Origin: Chiloscyllium plagiosum
Taxonomy: Eukaryota
Direction: 5' to 3'
NCBI RefSeq assembly: GCF_004010195.1
Contig: NC_057751.1
Location: 2,306,464-2,370,463, forward strand
DNA length: 64,000 nt
The position numbers were made by a program, and so were the translations under genes. How positions within the stretch are numbered: position 1 is the stretch's first letter; each line of letters opens with the position of its first letter. Positions 11,102 through 23,714 of this stretch are shown piece by piece. Under the pieces are notes generated by a model, which was not told where the DNA came from, did no database searches, and worked only from the letters and a program-made list of their open reading frames with translations.

Positions 11102-14100
11102 TCAAGCAGGACTGCCATGTCTTATAAAAATTGTTGTGTTGTGCACCATGTTTGTGAAAATGTCCAAGAGAATGTGCTCCTTAATTAATTTCTGCCATCC
11201 CAGCAAGCCTGGCGGGTTCTCAGACGCCCAGTTCATCAGAATATTCTTCCGTGCACAGTGTGCAAGAATATTAAATAATTTCTTCCCATGCCTGTCTAAA
11301 GATGGTAAATTCGGTAGACCTAAGAGGAGAGATATCAGGTCTACTTTGACTTCAGTCCTCAATACCCTCCCTATCTCTCCCGCCACAGCGCTCCAGTAAA
11401 CACGGAGCCTGTGGCATGTCCAGAAGCAATGGGTAAGAGTACCTAACCTTATTTTACATTTGGGGCACACTGAAGATGCCCCTTTTTTAAACTTCGCAGG
11501 ACGGTCTAGTGCCCGATGAGCACTGTGCAGAAATTTTAACTGCGTAGCACATGTCCTGTTACAGATTGAGATCTTTTGAGTATTCTCCCATATATTCTCC
11601 CATGTTTCAGAAGAGATCTCCACTCCCAGCTCTTGCTCCCAGACCTCACATAACCGGTTAATATCCTGCTAGGCCCTGCCATCCAGCAGGCGATAGAGGG
11701 CACTAACCGAAAGGGTGCTTGTGGAGCATAGCAACAACCTCTCTATATCAGGCTTATAGGGCTTCGTGAGAAGCGTAGTCTTCTTCTGGCTGAAATCCCT
11801 AACCTGAAAAAAATGGAAAAGGTCTCTGCTGGGCAACCCGTATTTGAAGCTCAATTGCTCGAAAGACATCATAACCTCCCCCTCAAAAAAGTCTCCCAAA
11901 CTAGAAACTCCTCTCGCTGCCCATAGTTTGAACCCTGAGTCCATCATCCCTAGTCGGAATCCTGGCGTGCCAACTATAGGTGTAAGTGGCGAAGTCTTGG
12001 ATAAACAACCCTCACTCTGACGCATCGCCCTCCATGCCTTGACTGTAGTAATGACAATGGGGTTCCAGCAATGGTCCATAACTGTCCTCATCTTACCCAT
12101 GAACAATAGGTTAACAAGGGGGCACTTTGCCTGGGTGGCCTCAATATGCAGCCATATTGAGTTTGGATCGTAACCTACCCAATCGCAGACAAAGGACAGC
12201 AGGGAACTCAATTGATACCTTCTGATGTCTGGGAAATCAACTCCTCCCCCTCCTTGAGGCAACTGCAATTTATTAAGTTTGATGAGGGGCCGCCCACGAT
12301 GCCAGACAAAGGAACTAAACCACCCCATAAGCTTCTGCAGCGTTGATCTGGGAAACATTATAGGGAGCATACGCATGGGATAAAGCAAACGAGGAAGAAC
12401 ATTCATCTCAATGAGAGACATTCGGCCCAGTCATGAAATTGGAAGAGCCTCCCATCTCTGGAGATCTTGCCTAATATTGTCGAGCAAATGAGCAAAGTTT
12501 GTCCGAAATAACAGATCGAACTTGGGAGTAATAAAAATGCCTAGGTACCGGAACCCTGCGCGTGACCACTTAAAAGGGAACTTAGAGCCACCTTCAACTT
12601 CTGGCACATCCTTAAGGTTCCTCAAAGGCATAGCCTCCGGTTTTGCAAAGTTAATCTTATATCCTGAAATAGCCCCAAATGAATTGATACATTGTATCAA
12701 ATGGGGTACGGAGGTGATCGGGTTTGATAAAAACAGAAGGACATCATCCACGTACAGTGTAATCTTGTGTGCCCTCGATCCCACTTCCGGAGCGGTTATG
12801 TGGACGTTCTGACGAATAGCCTCTGCCAGCAGCTCTATCACCAACATAAACAACAACGGTGAGGGAGGGCAGCCTTGCCGACTACCCCTAACAATTGTAA
12901 AATTCCCAGACTTCACCCCGTTGGTGATGACCGTGACCAGAGGGTGGTGATATAAAACCTCCACCCACCTAGCAAAGACTCCACCCAACCCGAACTGTTC
13001 TAAGACATAAAAAAGATACAGCCATTCCACAAGGTCAAATGCTTTCTCTGCATCTAAGGAAATCACCAACCCCCCGAATCGATCGTTGCTGACAAACTTG
13101 GACCACATTCAGCAACCTTCTAATATTATTAGAGGACCTACAGCCACTTATAAAGCCTGTCTGGTCCTCTTTAATAATATGGGGCAACACCCTTTCCAAT
13201 CTCAGCGCCAGGATCTTGGACAGAATCTTGAAATCTGAATTTAATAGAGAGATGGGCCTGTATGAGGCACAATCCTCAGGAATCTTCCCCTTCTTAAGAG
13301 TTAAGGAAATATTAGCTTCTCTCAAAGATGGTGTTAGGCGTTCATGCATATAGGAGTGATTGTACATCTCCAACATCGGCCCTGACAGAATCCCGATAAA
13401 CTCCTTATTAAACTCACCCGGAAGACCATCAGGGCCAGGTGCTTTCCCACTCTGAAGTTGCCTAGCTGCCTCCTGTATTTGCTGAACTGTCAAGGGGGCA
13501 TTAAGGAGAGAGGCCTGTTCCAAGGTTACTCCTGGGAGGTCCAGGTTCTTAAAAAAGGTCTCCATTTTAGCACTTCTGTCTTCGCAACCTTCAGACCGTT
13601 ACAATTCAGATTAAAAGCTCCGAAAAGCCTCATTAATCTTTTTAGTATCTCTGATTGCAGTAATGGATTGGGGAGCACGCTATTTCCAATCAGGTATGCT
13701 AAATACTTCCCTGGCCTATCTCCATATTCAAACAGCCTCTGTCTAGCAAAAGCAAGTTCTTTCTTTGCGTTTTGTGTCAGTATTGAATTCAAGGCAGCCC
13801 GAAGGGCTGTGATCCGCTGTAGCTTGGTCACCGAAGGCCACGCACAATGTGCTGCCTCCGCGGCTTTCAACCGCGTCTCAAGTAGACGCTGCTGTTCCTC
13901 CTGAGAGAAAGCACTAATCAAACATTTGAGGGGATGCGCTGGAGGACAGTATTCGTTTAAAATGCCATATTCCTCCCCATGTATCAGGGCTTTAAGTATC
14001 ACAAACTGTCCCTGCTCATCTTTCACCTGCTGTAATAATGTGAACAGATTTTTCTGGATAAATACCGCCAGGCCACTACTTTTAGTAGTAAAGGACGAAA

Positions 14101-14284
14101 AGAATACCCGGTCATAACTCCCCTGTTGTGATTTTAGATGTTCCCCATCATCAAGATGGGTTTCCTGCAACAAAGCGATATCAACCCTTTCCTTCTTAAG
14201 GCTAGAAAGAAATTTTTTCCTTTTAATAGTCGAATGACTTCCCCTAATGTTCCAGGTGCACCATTTAATAAGACATTTAGCCAT
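11102..14284 (-). pseudogene. L1 ORF2p (APE endonuclease, RT, CCHC), disrupted
   Basis: CTWNIRG, LQETHL, KAPGPDG, YRPISLLNSDFKIL, ISLDAEKAFD, GSRQGCPPSPLLF, LYVDD, CPKC..RLGTLTHCFWTC across five ORF pieces. Confidence 0.92.
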
Positions 14285-14867
14285 ATCCCCTTTCAGACAT
14301 CCTTGAACCCTTGGAGGGAGAACCCTGTTTACAAAGCACCGAGCATAAGTAAATAAAGACTCATAGAATTGAAAAACTATGTATACAAAAACTACTCTAT
14401 CATAACTATAAACAACTATTACGACCAAAAAACTACAAAGAAAACTAACTATAGAACCTTGAATTGAAGACTCTTCCCCCTGCCCATAGGAGGCAGTCAC
14501 CCTACCCATCCCCTCCTTCACAGCTCTTTCAAACCTGTACTGTGCCCCAGCCTTCGGCCAGAAAAAAAACAAGGAGATGATCCTTAAATCAAAAGACAAA
14601 GTCAGGATGAGCTCTCCACCCATCCCTGGCTTCATGACACCCCGACTTGTGATGAAAAGAGAAGCAGAACAGACAAAAACAAGGGAGAGAGACAACAAAG
14701 AACATCCAGAAAATCCAGTTATTAAAAAAAACGGAACAACTTATTCCAAAGTCTTTTCCTCCCTTTCCAAAAAGGAAATTATTAGGGAGAAAGAAAGGAA
14801 TAAAAAATAGGAAGGGAAAAAATAGAAAAGAGAACAAACATTAACCATATTCTTCAGGCCAATCTGT

Positions 14868-15752
14868 CTATTTTAAAGTGTCCACAAAGTTTTTAGCCTT
14901 AGCCGCCGAGTCAAATGCATAAACTGAGTTCTCATGGCTGAAACGAAGTACTGCGGGGTATTTTATGGAGTACTGGATGCCCAGGTTCCTCAGCCTCTTT
15001 TTAACTTCATCGAAGGACCTCCTCTTTCAGATTACAGCTGCTGAAAAATCCTGGAAAAACATGATTTTTGACCCCTTGTACAGTAGCGCCTGCGGATCTT
15101 TTCCCAGGAATCTGGAAGCTTCTATGACTTTTTGTTTGTCCTTACATGAGTTGAAGTGCACTAGGACCGGGTGGGGATGCTGCACCGGCCATGACCTGTG
15201 CACCGTAACCTGATACGCTCTTTCAATCTGAAGCCTGCTGGACTCGATGTGAAGGCCCAAAACCTTCGGCAGCCAGTTTTCAAAGAAACTGACTGGCTGC
15301 TCACCTTCCTCACCTTCAGGGAGCCCGACAATTGGGAGATTTATCCTCCGACCTCGATTTTCGAGGTCGTTGATATGGTGTCGCAAGGCCTGCACCTCTT
15401 GCTCCAACACCTGGATCCGACTGGATGAGGACTCCATTGCAGCTTCCGAGGCCTTAGTTTGACTCTCCACTTCCTCCAGCCTATCCCCGAGGCCCTGGAT
15501 CTCCTGCTCGTGCTTCTGCAGCATGGATGCAATAGGTTGCACCTCGGCACGAATCTCTCCACGAATTTCCTCAATCGCAGCCGCAACTTTCAAGGTAAGT
15601 CTCTCCATCGCCGCAGCCAATTCCCATGAGTCTGTCAGGTCCCTGGTGGGGCGGTCAGGATAGGCTGCTGCTGCTGCAGTCTCTGGTGTGGTAGGTGCTG
15701 CAGGGGAGTGTCCTCCCTGCTGCTGTTTGCTTGCTCCTTTTCCCTTTGGCAT
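14868..15752 (-). pseudogene. L1 ORF1p (coiled coil, RRM, CTD) with one premature stop
   Basis: DLENRGRRINLPIVGLPEGEEG and IMFFQDFSAAVI motifs. The frame continues past TGA at 15027-15029 as KRRSFDEVKKRLRNLGIQYSIKYPAVLRF...DTLK to TAG at 14868. Confidence 0.9.
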
Positions 15753-16139
15753 CCTTCCCACTCCCAAATATTAACAAATAATAGTTCTGTAAGGTTTTAA
15801 ACTAATATTTCCACCACATAAGTTGGCCAGGGATGGCAAAAAACACCAGTATGTCTTGGCTGTTAGGCAGAGCTGTCCCCAGCAGTCCTACAGAATCGTC
15901 GCCATCTTGCCGAGTCCACATTCACCATCTTAATTTGGAAATATGTCCCCATTCATTTAGTACTGTGTGTCAAAACCCTGGAACTCACTCCCCAAACAGC
16001 ATTGTAAATGCAGTTTTACCAAATGACTAAAGCAGTTCAAAAAGGCATCTCACCACCACCTTTTCAAGAGCAAATAGGGGTGGGTGATAAAAACTGACCC
16101 AGCCACCAATGCTTACGTACTCTGAGTTTATTTTTAAAA

Positions 16140-17200
16140 AACTTGCTCTCTGACAGTGAAGTGCTTTCCTTGTTCTTACTGTCAGACAGTGCAGTATTTC
16201 CTGAAGACTGTTTCTGTCAAAACATCATGCTCCCTGAACACTGACAGTGGACAGTGTGGAAGAATATTTCACGTTGCAGGGGCCTTGGATAAACTGCAGA
16301 ATTGGGCTGAAAGGTGGCAAATGGAGTTCAATGCAGATAAATGTGAGATGATTCACTTTGAGAATGTACAAAGGGATCTTGGTGTCCATGTGCATAGATC
16401 CCTGAAAGTTGCCACCCAGGTTGATAGTGCTGTTAAGAAAGCATATGGTGTGTTAGGTTTTATTGGTAGAAGGATTGAGTTCTGGAGCTTTGATGTCGTA
16501 CAAAATGCTAGTGCGGCTTCACTTGGAATACTATTTACAATTCTGGTCGCCACAGTACAGGAAGGATGTGGAAGCATTGGAAACAGTGCAGAGGAGATTT
16601 ACTAGGATGTTGCATGGTTGGGAGGGAAGGTTTTATGAGGAAAGGCTGAGGGACTTGGGTCTGTTCTCATTGGAGAGAAAAAGGCTAAGAGGGGATTTAA
16701 CAGAGACATACAAGATGATCAGAGGATTAGATAGGGGACAGTGATGGTCTTTTTTCCTAGGATGATGCCGTCGGCTTGTACGAGAGGCATAGCTGCAAAT
16801 TGAGGGGTGATAGATTTAAGACGGATGTTAGAGGCAGGTTCTTTGCTCAGAGAGTGGTAAGAGTGTGGAATGCCCTGCCTGCCAGTGTAGTTAGTTCAGC
16901 CACATTAGGGGCATTTAAACAGTCCTTGAATAAGCATACGAATGATGATGGGGTAGTGCAGGGGAATGGGCTTAGATTAGTTCACAGGTTGGTGCAACAT
17001 TGAGGGCCGAAGGGCCTGTTCTGCGCTGTCTCGTTCTGTGTTCTATGACCTCACTCGGCAGTACTCTCTCATCCTGATACTCTGACAGTGCAGTGATCCT
17101 CTAAAAATGTGATGCTCCTCCAGTACTAACTTGATGGCAGCACAGTACTTCCTCAGTGCCACGTTAAGGAAGTCATGCCTACATTATGAACTGAAGACAA
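16140..17200 (-). repeat. Degenerate tandem units (CTGACAGTGCAG...CCTCAGT) related to the Deu-SINE core, split by a CR1
   Basis: Repeated CTGACAGTG/ACAGTGCAG units at 16140-16250 and 17048-17200 resemble 29475-29510. Confidence 0.4.
16255..17047 (+). mobile_element. CR1/HER1-type LINE 3' fragment
   Basis: WAERWQMEFNADKC, RFKTDVRGRFFAQRVV; tail GGGCCGAAGGGCCTGTT...(TTCTATG)n. Same subfamily as 30997-33620. Confidence 0.92.
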
Positions 17201-19327
17201 GTTCAATTCTTCCTCGGCCTTGATGTTATTTCAGTCTCTGAAATGGATTCATTTGCTTTGTTTTGTTTCCTGAGTCAGCACCTCACAGCGACCTTTCTTC
17301 AAACAGTTAATGATTTCTGGCCTTGTCTTTATTGCGAGTTGCTGAACTGGATGAACCCATCAATTATTGAGTAAGTCATCTGGTAATTGATAAGACATAG
17401 CACAGCTAGAGGAGACATTTTTTAGTAAAGCTACACTGTTGATCGATTGGATACTTGAGAGAGACGTTGTCTTACCAGGAATGATCTAACCACATTGCCT
17501 ACATCAACACCAAACTGGTGGAAGCTTAAGTAGAAGATTATGGCCAATCCAAATCTCAAGAAGAAATAGTGCACACACTAATATCACAAAGACTCAACGA
17601 CAAAAAATAGATTATTTGGGTCAAAAGGAGGCATCTCACATCTGATCTCAGTTCAACCATTTAGTGTATCTTTGTATTCATACACCTCCCATGTCTATCT
17701 GTAGTGATGTATTGCTGTTCACCTGGGGAGTCATGTTTGATGTGGCAACAGGCAATTGACATGCACGTTGTGGTCTTGCAGGATGGGCAGTGATATCAGA
17801 GACTCAGACAATCTATCCATAACAGGGCCCACTAGGAATCTTTCCTAGGCTAGTCATGGATGTTTGTCGGAAGGATTTTCAGATTGACAGGCATCCTGTC
17901 TGGCCATTTATAAGTATACCAGTTCTTGGCAATTTCAGGCAAGAGAGATTGTGACAAAGTGGTTACATCATGAGAAAAACTGGACTAGAACTCCCACGTC
18001 TCTTTGCACTTCAGACTTCTAAATTATCCCCCCATTTAGAAAATAGTCCATGCCTCTATTCTCCTTAACAAAATGCATGACCTCATTTGTTGTACTTTCC
18101 TATGTTGTACTCCATCTGCCACTTCTTTGCCTACTCTCCTCACCTGTCCAATCCTTCTGCAGCTTCCCCCAGCCTCAATGTTACCTGTCCCTCTGTAAAT
18201 TGAAAAATAGTGGTCCCAACATTGAGCCTTGCAAAACACCACTTGTCACTGGCTGCCATCCTGAGAAAGAGCCTTTTATCCCCAATCTCTGCTTTCTGCC
18301 AGACAGCCAAGCTTCTATCCATGCTAGCACCTTGCCTCTGACAGCATGGGCCCTTATTTAATCAGCAGCTTCCTGTGTGGTATCTTGTCAAAGGCTTCTT
18401 GAACTTCAGATAGGTAACACCCATTGGCTCTCCTTGGTCTAACATGCTCGTTATTTCCTCAAAGAATTCTAGCAGATTTGTCAGGCATGGCCTCCCCTTG
18501 ATGAAACCATGCGGACTTTGCTCTGTTTTACCATATACTTGCAAGTATTCAGAAATCTCATCCTTCATAATGGATTCCGGGATCTTAGCCACAACTGAGG
18601 CCTTATCGCTGTATAATTTTCTGTTATTGCACAACTCCCATTTTAAGCAGGGGTGTCATGTTCACGATTTTCTGATCCTCTGGGACCCTTTCTGATTCTA
18701 GCATTTCCTGAAAAGTCACCATTAATGCCTCCACTATCTCCTAGCTATCTCCCGAAGAACTCTGCGGTGTAATCCACCTGGTCCAGGTGATTTATCCACC
18801 TTCAGGCCATTCAGTTTTCTAGCACCTTTTTCTTGGTAATGACCATACTCAGCTCTGCGCCCTCACTTTCTTGAATTTTTGGGATATTTCTCATGTCTTC
18901 CACCATGAAGACTAACGCAAAGTCATTATTCAGTTCCTCAGCCATTTCCTTGTTCCCAATACTGTCTGTCCAGTGTCATTTTCCAGTGGTAAAATGTCAA
19001 GTTTTGCCTTTGTTTTGTCCTTTATATATCTAAAGAAACTCTTACAGCCTTCCTTTATATTACTGGCTAGCTTACACTCATATTTAATCTTCCCCCTCCT
19101 TATATTTTTTTTGATGCCCTCTGTTGGTCTTTGTAAGCTTCCCAATCTTCTGGCTTCCAACTGTCCTTTGCCACATTAAATGCCTTCTCTTTGATTTTAC
19201 GCTATCTCTGTCTTCACTAGTCAGCCATGGTTGCCCCATCCTCCCTGTACCATGTTTCTTTTTGCTGTGTTTCCTGAATTATTCCCAGAATCTCCTGCCA
19301 TTGCTGTTCCACTATCTTTCTTGCGAG

Positions 19328-19404
19328 GTTAAAAATCACACAACACCAGGTTATAGTCCATATAGTTCATTTGAAGTACGAGCTTTCAGAGCACTGCTCC
19401 TTCA
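19328..19404 (-). mobile_element. Single-arm fragment of PLE family B
   Basis: GTTAAAAATCACACAACACCAGGTTATAG...GCTTTCAGAGCACTGCTCCTTCA matches the left arm of 30716-30925. Confidence 0.75.
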
Positions 19405-19695
19405 AGTTCCTCATGTTTCTGTAGTTGCCTTTATTCAGCTGTAATACCATTACCTCTGATTCTATTTTCTCTCTCTCAAATTGCAGAGTAAATTCAATTA
19501 TGCTATGATCACCGCCTCCAAAGGCTTCCTGAACCTTAAGCTCCCTTCTCAAGTCTGCTTCATTGCACAACATTAAATCCAGTATTGCCTGTTCCCGAGT
19601 GGACTCCACCACAAGCTAATCTAAAAAGCCATTTTGTCGACATTTCACAAATTCATTTTATTGCAAACCACTGCCAACCTGACTTTCCCAGTCCA

Positions 19696-20028
19696 GGGTG
19701 GCTTGGTGGCTCAGTGGTTAGCACTGCTGCCTCACAGTGCCAGGGACCTGGATTAAATTCCCGCCTCGGGCAACTGTCTGTGTGGAGTTTGCATATTCTC
19801 CCTGTGTCCTCATGGGTTTCCTCCGGGTGCTCTGGTTTCCTCCCACAGTCCCAAGATGTGCAGGTTAGGTGAATTGGCCATGCTAAATTGCCTGTAGTGT
19901 TAGGTGCATTCGTCAGAGGTAAATGTAGGGGAATGGGTCTGCGTCGGTTGCTCTTCGGAGGGTCGGTGTGGACTTGTTGGGTCGAAGGGCTTGTCTCCAC
20001 ACTGTAGGGAATCTAATCTAATCTAATC
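19696..20028 (+). mobile_element. HE1 (V-SINE) full copy
   Basis: TGGCTCAGTGG A box, GTGGAGTTTGCA..TTCTCCC V-domain, CR1-like 3' end, (AATCT)n tail. Confidence 0.9.
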
Positions 20029-21849
20029 ACCTGCATAGTGAAATCCTCCATGATCAGTGTAACTTTGCTTTTCCTACACATTTTTTCTATCACTTGGTAT
20101 ATCTTGTGTGCAGCTCCTGACTACTGCTTGAAGCTTGTACATAACTCCAAATGTGTTTCTTTTTTTTATCTTTGCAGTTCCTCAGCTTTACTCAAACAGA
20201 TTCTATACCATCTGACACTACTTCATTTCTTACTGTTGATTTAATTTCATTTCTTGGTAATAAGGAAACCACACTCCCTCTGCCCACCTGCCTATCTTTT
20301 TGATAGGATGTATATCCTTGAATATTCAACTCCTAACCCTGATCCCCTTGCAGGCACATCTCCATGATGCCCAGCACGTCATACCTGCCAATTTCAATCT
20401 GTGCCACAATCTTATTTACCTTCTTCCTTATACTGTGTACAATCAGATATAACCCCGTCAGTCCTGTGTTAACTGTCCCTCTTGCCATTGTTTGACATCC
20501 AGTTCACACTGACAGCTGCTTCTGAGGGAGCTGTATCAGTGTCAAGGGCTCGCCAAGTGTCAACAAAGAATCACTTGGTGAGGGGATACTGGCATCTCTG
20601 GAGTTATTTCATGATGAGCCTTTGGAATTTTTTATTCACCATATGTGCTCTGGAGGCTCAGTAGTTGAGTATGTTGAAGACTGAGAAAGATAGATTGCTA
20701 CCTTTTAAAAAGATCAATAGATGTGGGAATACTATGGGAAAATGGTTTTCATATCAAAGCCATGATCTAATTGAGTGGTGCAAAATGGTCTTCTCCTGAT
20801 TCTACTTTTTGTGTTTTAACATTGAAACCTGCTGATGGGGGATGCCAAATTCCTCCCTATGTCTTCCATTGAAAATCCTTGTTGTTTGATCCCTTTGATC
20901 TCCTCAACTTTCCCTTCAACAGTGTGAAGAGGCCCAGACTCTTCATTCTCCCGACCTGGTTATAACCTCCCTTGCATATGCTGAAAAGGTATGAGTCAAT
21001 AACATCTTACATTGGGCCAGAAATGGCCCCGTAACAACAAGATACATTGATTCTTTCAAGAATTAAGAGTGTGGAATTGAAATACAGTTTCCCGCAGCAA
21101 GTCAATTGCCCTTCATTGAAAAGTAATTTCTTGCCATTGAACCTAAAAATTCTTTCTCTAAGTGAGAATTTCATGGAAACTATTTTGGTGATACCAAATG
21201 AAACTGAATGCCATATTCCTAGCCTAAGTTTAAATGTTGATCTGGTTCTGCGTAATACTGAAGTGTGTGTTATACAAAATGAATGATAACAATCCATCCG
21301 TCAAACCAATAACTGGATAACAATCCATCCAAGTGTCAAACCTGATGTTCCTCTCTCTCCTCATTTGGTTGACTTAAATCCTCAAGTCAACTGTTAGTAT
21401 TAAAGAAACTGCTTTCTTCTCTTTGATTTTAATTTGGATTTTTCACCTTTTTCTCGCCTTGATCCTTGGTATGCACTACTTGCCAAGAGCAGAAGCTTAC
21501 ATTCAGAGACAATCTAACCTGTGAGGAGTTAACGTACCTGGCATCACTCACCCTGTCTCATGGAGTCCAAGATTGGGGAGGAGTTATTTGGGCTTCCAAG
21601 TGCACCCATTGATTCTTTATTATAGTTTCAAATGCATTGATCATTGCTTTTGATTGATTGATTAATTAACATGTTCCAGTGTGTAATGAACAGACACAGT
21701 TTCTGCACAAATCGAATTGTGACTGTAAGATTTGTTGATTTTTATTAGTCTTTACCCTTCGTAAGTCATCTCTTAGGCAACAAACAGAATGAATTATGTT
21801 GCATCTTCTTTGAGATCATTGCTTTGAGCATTGATTTAGGATGTCATAT

Positions 21850-22390
21850 TAAGATCGTACGGCATGTTAGTGAGGCCACGTTGGAGAACTCTGCACAGTT
21901 CTGGTCATCCTGCTACGGGAAGAATATTATTACATTGGAGATGGTTCAGAAAAGATTAAGCAGGATGTTGCTGAGACTAGACGATTTGAATTAGAAGGAG
22001 AGGCTGGATAGGCAGGGACTTGCTTCACTGGAGTCGAGGAGGTTTGAGGGGTAACTTTATAAAAGTTTATGAAATCATGATGGGCAGAGATAAGGTGAAT
22101 AGCAAAAGTCTTTTCCCTCGGGTGGAGAAAGTTCAAAACCAGTCGCATATTTTTAACGTGAGAACAGAGGGGCAACCTTTTCACAGAGAGAGTGGTTTGA
22201 GTATGGAATGAGCTGCCAGAGGAAGAGGTGGAGGCTGGTACAATGACAACATTTAAAAGGTATCTGGATGGGTATGTGAATAGGAAGGGTTAGAGGGATA
22301 TGGGCCAAATGCAGGCAAATGGGACTAGTTTAGTTTGGGAAACTTGGTTGGCATAGACAAGTCAGACTGATAAGTCTGTTTCTGTGTGAT
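21850..22390 (+). mobile_element. CR1 LINE 3' fragment
   Basis: Homologous to the 3' 550 bp of the 3513 copy (TGGAATGAGCTGCCAGAGGAAG..., GGGATATGGGCCAAATGC). Confidence 0.85.
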
Positions 22391-22999
22391 GCCATTAGTT
22401 GTGGAAAAAGTACTGGTGTCATTTGGTGCAAATGCATAGAAACTTCAGTGATATATTTCACTCATTTGCTTGTCCATCCGCTTATCTAAAAGTGGTGTTT
22501 GCATTTGTCTGTGTACATAGATGTGAAAAATCACGCAAAAGGTCAGAGCAACAGTCACAGAAATTTCAAGCTAATGAAACAGCACTGCCTGTTCTTAAAA
22601 GTTAGTGCTCGAGGTCAGTTTTGTATGTCAGATGAATTAACTGTAAAGTGGGCAGTTAGTGGGTGAGAGGTTCGTGAGAATTGCAAGGCTGGTTGCTGGA
22701 TATTGACTGGGATGCGAATGGATAGGAAGCAAATAGTAGGGGAATGGGATGTGGTTGAGAGGTCAGCAAGAAGTGAGCAGTTAATGGCTGTTCACACATG
22801 GGCAAGAGATAATTGAATGAGGGTTTGGGAAGACTGTATGAAGGAATCATGGATCGCATTTGTGATATAAATTGCATTGTGTCTGTGTGTATATATATAA
22901 AACAGATATTTATATCGATATAAATACATATTTCATACAATTCATTGTAAGTTTGAGTTTGATTCTGAATTAGTAACCTGTTGGTTTTCTCTGTGTCTA

Positions 23000-23580
23000 A
23001 AGATAAGAGACAGAGGGTAGTGGTGGAGGGTTGCTTTTCAGACTGGAGGCCTGTGACCAATGGTGTGAAACAGTGTTCTGTTTCACTCAGATTGCCCTAC
23101 ATCCTTTTCATTTTGATTCAGTACAGGCCCAGAATTCTCAATCAATCCTCATAAAACAAACCCTTCATACCGGGGATCATTCTGGCAACCATCCTCTGGA
23201 CTTCCTCTATCGCCAGTACATTCTTGCTTAGATACAGAGCCCAAAACAGCTCACAATGTTCCAAATGCAGGCTGACCACAATATTGCAAGTACATCTCTG
23301 CTCTTGTATTCTCGCCCCTTGAAATTATAGCTGACATTACATTTGCCTTCTTAACTGCCAACTGAACATGAAGAGAATACTGAACTAGAACTCCCAAGTC
23401 TCTCTGTGCTTCAGATTTCTGAAGCCTTTTCTCAGTTACAGAACAGTTTATGCTATTCTTCTTATCAAACTGCATGACCTCACACATTCTTGCATTGTAT
23501 TCCACCTGCCAATTCTTTGCCCACTCTCCTGGCTTGTCCACATCCTTCTGTAGCCTCCCCACTTCCTCAACATTTCCAAT
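23000..23580 (-). mobile_element. CR1 RT fragments (short + piece 23000-23065, then minus-strand piece)
   Basis: GEWAKNWQVEYN..CEVMQF, QRDLGVLVQ in ORF 23251-23703. Confidence 0.75.
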
Positions 23581-23714
23581 CCCTTCACCAATTGCTGTGT
23601 CTATTTTAGCGTCATTTTTTGTGGATGACCTGTTTGATTGCCAAAGAAAACTGTGTAGCAATTGTGCTTCTGTTTCAGTGTTAGACCACTTTTTCAAAAA
23701 CAATGCAGAAGAAT

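Larger units (their letters stand above)
10710..15916 (-). mobile_element. L1-clade LINE retaining both ends (internally deleted, inactive)
   Basis: 15-bp TSD CACATTCACCATCTT (10695-10709, 15917-15931). PolyA preceded by AATAAA on the minus strand (~10708-10731). ORF1, spacer, ORF2 (EN-RT-CCHC). Target reads TT/AAGA, an L1-EN-like site. Confidence 0.95.
10570..16130 (+). mobile_element. Old non-HER1 LINE 3' end (10570-10709 + 15932-16130) split by the L1 insertion
   Basis: The two flanks join through the TSD into a continuous tail (...CAGTTCAAAAAGGCATCTCACCACCACC...) homologous to the reverse complement of 29795-30030. Confidence 0.65.
17985..20480 (-). mobile_element. Older CR1 LINE (EN-RT), interrupted by a PLE fragment and an HE1 SINE
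   Basis: HGFIKGRPCLTNLLEFFEE and TREQAILDL..GDHSIIEF motifs. Confidence 0.85.

Noticed and set aside
13526..14698. 390-aa ORF with a hydrophobic N-terminus, resembling a membrane protein
   Set aside because: The N-terminal ~138 aa is translated U-rich spacer; the real ORF2 start is probably the ATG at 14284.
14868..15767. Possible domesticated L1TD1-like gene
   Set aside because: It sits in an ordinary TSD-flanked L1 and has a premature stop.
15901..15931. CCATCTT shared by the L1 5' end and its TSD
   Set aside because: A 7-nt match not at the junction; likely coincidence.
17290..17376. Candidate exon ending in GTAAGT
   Set aside because: Only one open frame and an unrecognised peptide; chance splice-like sites are common.
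19696..19770. tRNA-like A/B boxes here and at other SINE heads
   Set aside because: They continue into SINE bodies and are not tRNA genes.
21285..21330. 15-bp direct repeat GATAACAATCCATCC twice
   Set aside because: Simple local duplication; not an array or CRISPR.
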